Program-made: the position numbers and the translations under genes | Shown here: in pieces, positions 56,463-64,000 of the stretch | How the letters are laid out: every line of letters starts with the position of its first letter | Numbering within the stretch: the first letter of the stretch is position 1 | Source of the DNA: Nitrospiraceae bacterium | Lineage (GTDB): Bacteria; Nitrospirota; Nitrospiria; Nitrospirales; Nitrospiraceae | Length of the DNA stretch: 64,000 nucleotides | Assembly: GCA_035573855.1 (NCBI GenBank) | Contig: DATLZU010000026.1 | Coordinates: forward strand, 3,392 to 67,391 | Direction of reading: 5' to 3' | Notes under the pieces: generated by a model | The model's database searches: none | The model's input: the letters and a program-made list of their open reading frames with translations, nothing else | What the model was told of the DNA's origin: nothing

Positions 56463-56732
56463 TTGCGGAAGGTCCTTTATCTCGTCAGGCGAACGTCGGT
56501 CGAGGACGTCGCGGACCTGATTCTCTCTCCTGCCGCTGTAGAGCGGGAGGTGGAGGTGACGATTGTTCTGCTCGAGGGAGCGGAGAATTTTCCTTTTCGG
56601 GCGCATCGGGTTCTGAGGCTGGCCTCTGTAGAAGAAGCGACCGGGGTAAATTTCTGCTCGAAAGTGCCGGTGATTTCGCACACGGCTTTGGTCGGCGAGA
56701 TATTTGCGTCAGACAAGGTAGTGGTTCTGTGA
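56463..56732 (+). CDS. DsrH/TusB-like protein
   Basis: 89 aa. TTG start after SD GAGGAAAA. Third small DsrE/F/H-fold ORF in a row. Confidence 0.45.
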   Translation: MRKVLYLVRRTSVEDVADLILSPAAVEREVEVTIVLLEGAENFPFRAHRVLRLASVEEATGVNFCSKVPVISHTALVGEIFASDKVVVL

Positions 56733-57046
56733 AGAGTGCTGCTTTCTTCCTCCGTGATGTGATCGCTACACGGGAGAGAAACCGTAAGAGGGGGATTAGG
56801 AGTAAGCTGTGTGAATAGGGTGTATTTGTTTAACTATCTGAAAAAGCAGATGTTTTTTATGTTTAATAAGGTGGATGGGCCTGGGGAAAACCTCGTGGAA
56901 GAGATGTCCGGAATTAGGAGGAGAATGGTGAGATCGAAGCGTGAAAAAGGGTATGGAATATGCTGAGTACTCAAAGAAACTGACTGCGGATTCCCTTGTT
57001 ATCCACAATTGTGAATAAGGTTGTGTATAGCTTCGAGGTCGGAAAG
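56733..57046. other. Chromosomal replication origin region (oriC candidate)
   Basis: DnaA boxes: perfect TTATCCACA (56999-57007), inverted TGTGAATAA (57010-18), TGTGTATAG (57022-30) and TGTGAATAG (56810-18). An AT-rich tract (56821-56870) sits in an otherwise GC-rich window. The region lies directly upstream of dnaA. Confidence 0.6.
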
Positions 57047-58387
57047 ATGGATGTCCAGGCTGTGTGGGATCGGGCGTTGGCTGAGGTGTCGGAACGGGTG
57101 CCGAAGCAGGTCTTCGAGACATGGTTCGCACCGCTTCATCTACAGAGCCTCGACGATTCCGGGGCGAAAATCGCAGTACCGAACCGGTTCTTTGCGGACT
57201 GGTTGACCCAACATTACCGCGATCTTTTAGCGGAGGCTCTGTCTGGAGCGAACGGAGGGGAAACCGTGGACGTCGCGTTTGTCGTGGACAGGAAAGCGGA
57301 GGCTCGGCCGGATGAAGGAGCGCCGCTCGTTGCGGGGCGCTCGCAGACAGCAAACCGACTCAGGCGTGGCATTCAGTTGAATCCCAAATACACGTTCAAA
57401 AGCTTCGTCGTCGGGGCGGGAAATCAGTTCGCCCATGCCGCCAGCATGGCCGTGGCCGAGCAGCCTGCAAAGGCCTATAACCCGCTTTTCATCTATGGGG
57501 GCGTGGGGCTGGGGAAAACCCACCTCTTGAATGCAATCGGGAATCACGTCGCAGACCACACCGATCTTCGTATCGCCTATGTGACAACGGAGCAGTTCAC
57601 CAATGAGGTCATCAACTCGATCCGGTACGACAAGATGATCGACCTCCGCAAGCGGTATCGGAACATCGACATGTTGATGATCGATGATATTCAGTTTCTG
57701 GCGGGAAAGGAGCGGACACAGGAAGAATTCTTTCACACGTTCAACGCGCTCTATGAGGCGAGGAAGCAGATTGTGTTGTCGAGCGATCGGTTCCCTAAAG
57801 ATATGCCGGATATCGAAGAGCGGCTCCGATCCCGCTTCGAGTGGGGGTTGATCGCGGATCTGCAGCCGCCGGACGTGGAGACGCGGATCGCCATCTTGCG
57901 CAAGAAGTCCGAAGACGAGGGTATCGTCCTTCCGGAAGACGTCATCCACTTCCTGGCCACCACGATGAAAAACAACATCCGCGAGCTCGAGGGTTCGCTG
58001 GTCCGGTTGGGCGCGTACTCATCGTTGACCGGGCAGGCTATCACGCTGGAGATGGCGAAGAACGTGCTGCGGGATCTGATCGGCGACAAGAAGAAAATCA
58101 TCGTGCTGGACGACATTCAGGAGGCCGTGAGCGCCCGGTTCCACGTCAAGATCAGCGATCTGAAGTCACGGCGGCGCAGCAAGACGCTTGTGCATCCCAG
58201 GCAGATCGCTATGTATCTTTGCCGTGAATTGACCGACGCCTCGTTTCCCGAGATCGGCCGTCACTTCGGCGGCAAAGACCATACAACGATCATCCACGCG
58301 TGCAAGCAGATCGCGAAGGCTCGGGAGACCGACAGCGTGCTCAACGCCACGTTGGAGAGTTTAAAAGAACAGATTTTGAGGGGATAA
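57047..58387 (+). CDS. dnaA: Chromosomal replication initiator protein DnaA
   Basis: From ATG 57047: MDVQAVWDRALAEV... Walker A GGVGLGKTHLL. The C-terminal DNA-binding domain (KSRRRSKTLVHPRQIAMYLCRELT) is present. Confidence 0.97.
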   Translation: MDVQAVWDRALAEVSERVPKQVFETWFAPLHLQSLDDSGAKIAVPNRFFADWLTQHYRDLLAEALSGANGGETVDVAFVVDRKAEARPDEGAPLVAGRSQTANRLRRGIQLNPKYTFKSFVVGAGNQFAHAASMAVAEQPAKAYNPLFIYGGVGLGKTHLLNAIGNHVADHTDLRIAYVTTEQFTNEVINSIRYDKMIDLRKRYRNIDMLMIDDIQFLAGKERTQEEFFHTFNALYEARKQIVLSSDRFPKDMPDIEERLRSRFEWGLIADLQPPDVETRIAILRKKSEDEGIVLPEDVIHFLATTMKNNIRELEGSLVRLGAYSSLTGQAITLEMAKNVLRDLIGDKKKIIVLDDIQEAVSARFHVKISDLKSRRRSKTLVHPRQIAMYLCRELTDASFPEIGRHFGGKDHTTIIHACKQIAKARETDSVLNATLESLKEQILRG

Positions 58388-58411
58388 AGGTTCGAGGCGG
58401 AGGGACCATTT

Positions 58412-59539
58412 ATGAAGATGCGGATCGGTCGTGACGAGCTGCTGACCGGCTTGCAACGCGTCCAGGGGGTGGTGGAAAAGCGGAACACTATGCCCATTCT
58501 GTCGAATGTGCTGCTGGAAGCCAAGCAGGAAGGGACGGAGATCGTTGCCACCGACCTGGAGATCGGCATGCGGGGCCTGTACAAGGCCACCGTGCTGGAG
58601 CCCGGAGGCATCACACTCTCAGCGCGGAAGCTCTACGAGATCATCAAGGAATTGCCGGACGGCGACGTCGAGTTGACCACTGGCGACAATCATTGGACGA
58701 CAATCCAGGCCGGCAAGAGCCAATTCAAGATCGTGGGCTTGCCCAGCGGCGACTACCCGGCTCTGCCGGCGATCGAGCGCGAAGGGTTGACGCCGTTGAC
58801 CGGCGCCGGCTTCCTGGAGTTGATCCGCAAGACGTTGTTCGCCGCCGGGGACAACGACGCGCGCTACATCTTGAACGGGTTGCTGGTCACCCTGGCCGCG
58901 ACCGACAAGAAGACCATGCTGCGGCTGGTTGGGACGGACGGGCATCGCCTGGCCGTCGCCGAGCAGGAAATCGGCCAACCCGGCAGCAGGAACGTGCCGA
59001 AGGACATCAAAGCTATCATCCCGAAAAAGGCCGCCCAGGAGATCCGCCGGCTCCTGGAAGAAGGCGGCGACGAAGAGCCGTTGATCGGGTTCACCAAGAA
59101 TCTGATGATCTTTCGCAAGAGCGGCCTGCTCCTGACTTCGCGGTTAATGGAGGGCAACTACCCGAACTACCAGCAAGTCCTCCCCAAGGAGAGCCACAAG
59201 CGGATCGCCGTGAAGCGCGGCGAGTTGGAAAGTGCGCTACGGCGGGTCTCCGTTTTGTCGCGCGACAAGGCCAACGCGGTGAGGCTCTCCTTCGCGCCAG
59301 GGAGACTGACGCTGTTTGCGAGCCATCCGGAGTACGGCGAAGCCACCGAAGAATTAGCCGCCCGGTACGAGGGCGAGCCGTTGACCACCGGCTTCAACGC
59401 GCGCTACCTGCTGGATGTCTTCGGCGTGATGGACGGGGACACCGTCACCCTGCAAATGGAGACGCCGCTCAGCCCTTGCCTGATCCAGGAACCAGAGACC
59501 CCGGGGTTCAAGTGCGTGGTGATGCCTGTTAAGATATGA
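58412..59539 (+). CDS. dnaN: DNA polymerase III beta sliding clamp
   Basis: 375 aa. Contains MKMRIGRDELLTGLQRVQGVVEKRNTMPILSNVLLEA and ends PVKI. Confidence 0.96.
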   Translation: MKMRIGRDELLTGLQRVQGVVEKRNTMPILSNVLLEAKQEGTEIVATDLEIGMRGLYKATVLEPGGITLSARKLYEIIKELPDGDVELTTGDNHWTTIQAGKSQFKIVGLPSGDYPALPAIEREGLTPLTGAGFLELIRKTLFAAGDNDARYILNGLLVTLAATDKKTMLRLVGTDGHRLAVAEQEIGQPGSRNVPKDIKAIIPKKAAQEIRRLLEEGGDEEPLIGFTKNLMIFRKSGLLLTSRLMEGNYPNYQQVLPKESHKRIAVKRGELESALRRVSVLSRDKANAVRLSFAPGRLTLFASHPEYGEATEELAARYEGEPLTTGFNARYLLDVFGVMDGDTVTLQMETPLSPCLIQEPETPGFKCVVMPVKI

Positions 59540-59607
59540 AGCACTAGGCAATGGGCGCTAGGCGAGGGACGACGGAACCGGTGCTTCATTTCTTGCCTGT
59601 CGCCTAG

Positions 59608-62136
<2,529 letters not shown>

Positions 62137-62193
62137 CAAGCAGCACAGTCACTCAGTCTGCCGTCGGCTGCTTGCTGCCGGCCAAGGAGACCA

Positions 62194-64000
62194 ATGCCCT
62201 CCGACGAACGATTGGGCCAGATCGCGATCGAAGACGAGATGCGCTCGTCCTATCTGGATTACGCGATGAGCGTGATCGTAGGACGCGCGCTCCCGGACGT
62301 GCGCGACGGCCTCAAGCCGGTCCACCGCCGCATCCTTTACGGCATGCACGAGATGGGCCTGACCCACAACCGGGCCTATCGCAAGTCGGCCAAGATCGTT
62401 GGCGAGATCATGGGGAACTACCATCCCCATGGCGACGCGGCGATCTACGATACGCTGGTGCGGATGGCGCAGGACTTCAACATGCGCTATCCACTCGTGG
62501 ACGGCCAGGGCAACTACGGCTCGATGGACGGCGATCCGCCCGCCGCCATGCGGTACACCGAGGCGAGGCTGACGAAGCTCGCCGAGGAAATGCTGGCCGA
62601 TATCGACAAGGAGACCGTCGATTTTGTCCCCAACTACGACGAGTCGAGAGTGGAGCCCGTCGTCCTGCCCGCCAAGGTGCCCAATCTGTTGATCAACGGC
62701 GCGGGCGGCATCGCCGTCGGCTACGCGACCAACATCCCCACGCACAACCTGGCCGAAGTCATCGACGGCCTCCTCTTGCTGCTGGAGAACCCCGACGCCA
62801 CGATCGCCCAACTGATGAAGAAAATCCCCGGGCCGGACTTCCCGACCGCCGGCTTCATTTACGGCACGGAGGGGATCAAAAAGGCCTACGAGACGGGCCG
62901 GGGCCTGCTGACTCTACGGGCCAAGGTCAACATCGAAAGCGACGAGCGGACCGACCGCGAGCGGCTGATCGTCACTGAGATTCCCTATCAGGTCAACAAG
63001 GCCAACCTGATTGAGAAAATCGCCGAGCTCGTCCAGGACAGGCGGATCGAAGGCATCGCGGACCTGCGTGACGAATCGGATCGGGACGGCGTCCGGATCG
63101 TCATCGAGCTCAAGCGCGGCGAGATCCCCCTGGTCGTGTTGAACAACCTCTACAAGCACACCCAGCTCCAGACGACCTTCGGGGTCATCATGTTGGCGCT
63201 GGTGAACAACCGGCCGGAGGTCCTGAACCTCAAGCAGATCCTGTCCGCCTTCATCGACCATCGCCGCGAAGTCGTCGTGCGCCGCACGTCCTTCGAGTTG
63301 CGCAAGGCGGAAGAGCGCGCCCACGTGCTCGAAGGGCTCAAGATCGCGCTTGACAACCTCGACGCGGTGATCACGCTGATCCGCCGGGCTCAGTCGCCGG
63401 ACGAGGCGCGCAGCGGCCTGATGCGGCGATTCGCCCTGACTGAGATTCAGGCCAACGCGATTCTCGACATGCGCTTGCAGCGGCTGACGCAGTTGGAGCG
63501 CACCAAACTCGTCGAGGAGTACCGAGAGGTCCTCAAGCAGATCGAGTATCTCCGCTCCGTGCTGGGCAGCGAAGCGCTGGTGCGGAAGATCATTAAGGAT
63601 GAGTTGGTCGAGATCCGGGAAGCGTACAAGGACGAGCGGCGGACGCAGATCGTCAAGGAAGAAGCGGAAATCAGCATCGAAGACCTCATCGCCGAGGAGG
63701 AAGTCGTCGTCACCATCTCCCACGCCGGCTATATCAAACGGAACCCGGTCTCTCTCTACCGGGCCCAACGGCGAGGCGGCAAGGGCAAAATCGGCATGGG
63801 CATCAAGGAAGAAGACTTCGTCGAGACGCTATTCACCGCCTCCACGCACGACTACCTCCTGTTCTTCACGGACGCCGGGAAGGTGTATTGGCTCAAAGTC
63901 CACGAGATCCCGGAGGCGGGCCGGGCCGCCAAAGGCAAAGCGCTCATCAACTTACTGGCTTTGGGGTCGGACGAAAAGGTCACCGCCACGGTGCCGGTTA
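62194..64000 (+). CDS. gyrA: DNA gyrase subunit A (N-terminal ~600 aa; continues past right edge)
   Basis: ATG 62194 after SD AAGGAGA. My translation: [51 protein letters not shown]...[19 protein letters not shown]. There is no stop inside the window, so it is absent from the track. Confidence 0.95.
   Translation, partial: MPSDERLGQIAIEDEMRSSYLDYAMSVIVGRALPDVRDGLKPVHRRILYGMHEMGLTHNRAYRKSAKIVGEIMGNYHPHGDAAIYDTLVRMAQDFNMRYPLVDGQGNYGSMDGDPPAAMRYTEARLTKLAEEMLADIDKETVDFVPNYDESRVEPVVLPAKVPNLLINGAGGIAVGYATNIPTHNLAEVIDGLLLLLENPDATIAQLMKKIPGPDFPTAGFIYGTEGIKKAYETGRGLLTLRAKVNIESDERTDRERLIVTEIPYQVNKANLIEKIAELVQDRRIEGIADLRDESDRDGVRIVIELKRGEIPLVVLNNLYKHTQLQTTFGVIMLALVNNRPEVLNLKQILSAFIDHRREVVVRRTSFELRKAEERAHVLEGLKIALDNLDAVITLIRRAQSPDEARSGLMRRFALTEIQANAILDMRLQRLTQLERTKLVEEYREVLKQIEYLRSVLGSEALVRKIIKDELVEIREAYKDERRTQIVKEEAEISIEDLIAEEEVVVTISHAGYIKRNPVSLYRAQRRGGKGKIGMGIKEEDFVETLFTASTHDYLLFFTDAGKVYWLKVHEIPEAGRAAKGKALINLLALGSDEKVTATVPV

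Overview
This is a visibly GC-rich bacterial chromosomal window. Gene content and style look Nitrospira/Nitrospirota-like, but that is inference only. It runs from ordinary housekeeping and accessory genes into the replication origin: hisS, a DsrEFH/TusBCD-like trio, DnaA boxes plus an AT-rich tract, then dnaA-dnaN-gyrB-gyrA at the right end. I support about 60 coding regions. Recognisable ones include xthA (partial), an MscS channel, leuCD, zwf plus a short 6PGDH-like gene, msrA, tldD/pmbA, ettA, selO, thyX-like, hisS, dnaA, dnaN, gyrB and gyrA (partial). I found no rRNA, tRNA, CRISPR array, transposase or integrase.

The most interesting locus is 42.1-49.9 kb, a DAB/Mps-type inorganic-carbon pump cluster. 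It has a NuoL-like DabB, a 1080-aa DUF2309 DabA with intact predicted Zn-ligand motifs, a P-II/CPII-like protein and a divergent DUF2294/MpsC gene. Three features I do not recognise from the described systems:
- an extra, degenerate antiporter-like subunit translationally coupled between dabB and dabA;
- a roughly 240-nt leader with a classic 1:2/2:3/3:4 attenuator geometry ending in an intrinsic terminator just before dabB;
- a small trailing ORF.

Other points worth a second look:
- Several disrupted genes: an FKBP gene with two nonsense codons and a frameshift, a frameshifted TPR gene, a hypothetical gene with an in-frame TGA, and an aminotransferase ORF with no stop that runs into a lipoprotein gene. 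Three of the frame problems sit at short homopolymer runs, so assembly error must be excluded.
- A Tle1-like DUF2235 hydrolase convergent with a lipoprotein.
- A radical SAM protein with Cx6Cx3C spacing.
- A tightly coupled yjbQ / LOG-like / HtrA-like protease operon.
- A gene-poor 26.5-27.3 kb island with a strongly SD-led small secreted Pro-rich peptide and repeated motifs.
- A tandem ThyX with complementary motif loss in its two halves.

Many long ORFs in the track are antisense or alternate-frame artefacts of high GC and were rejected.
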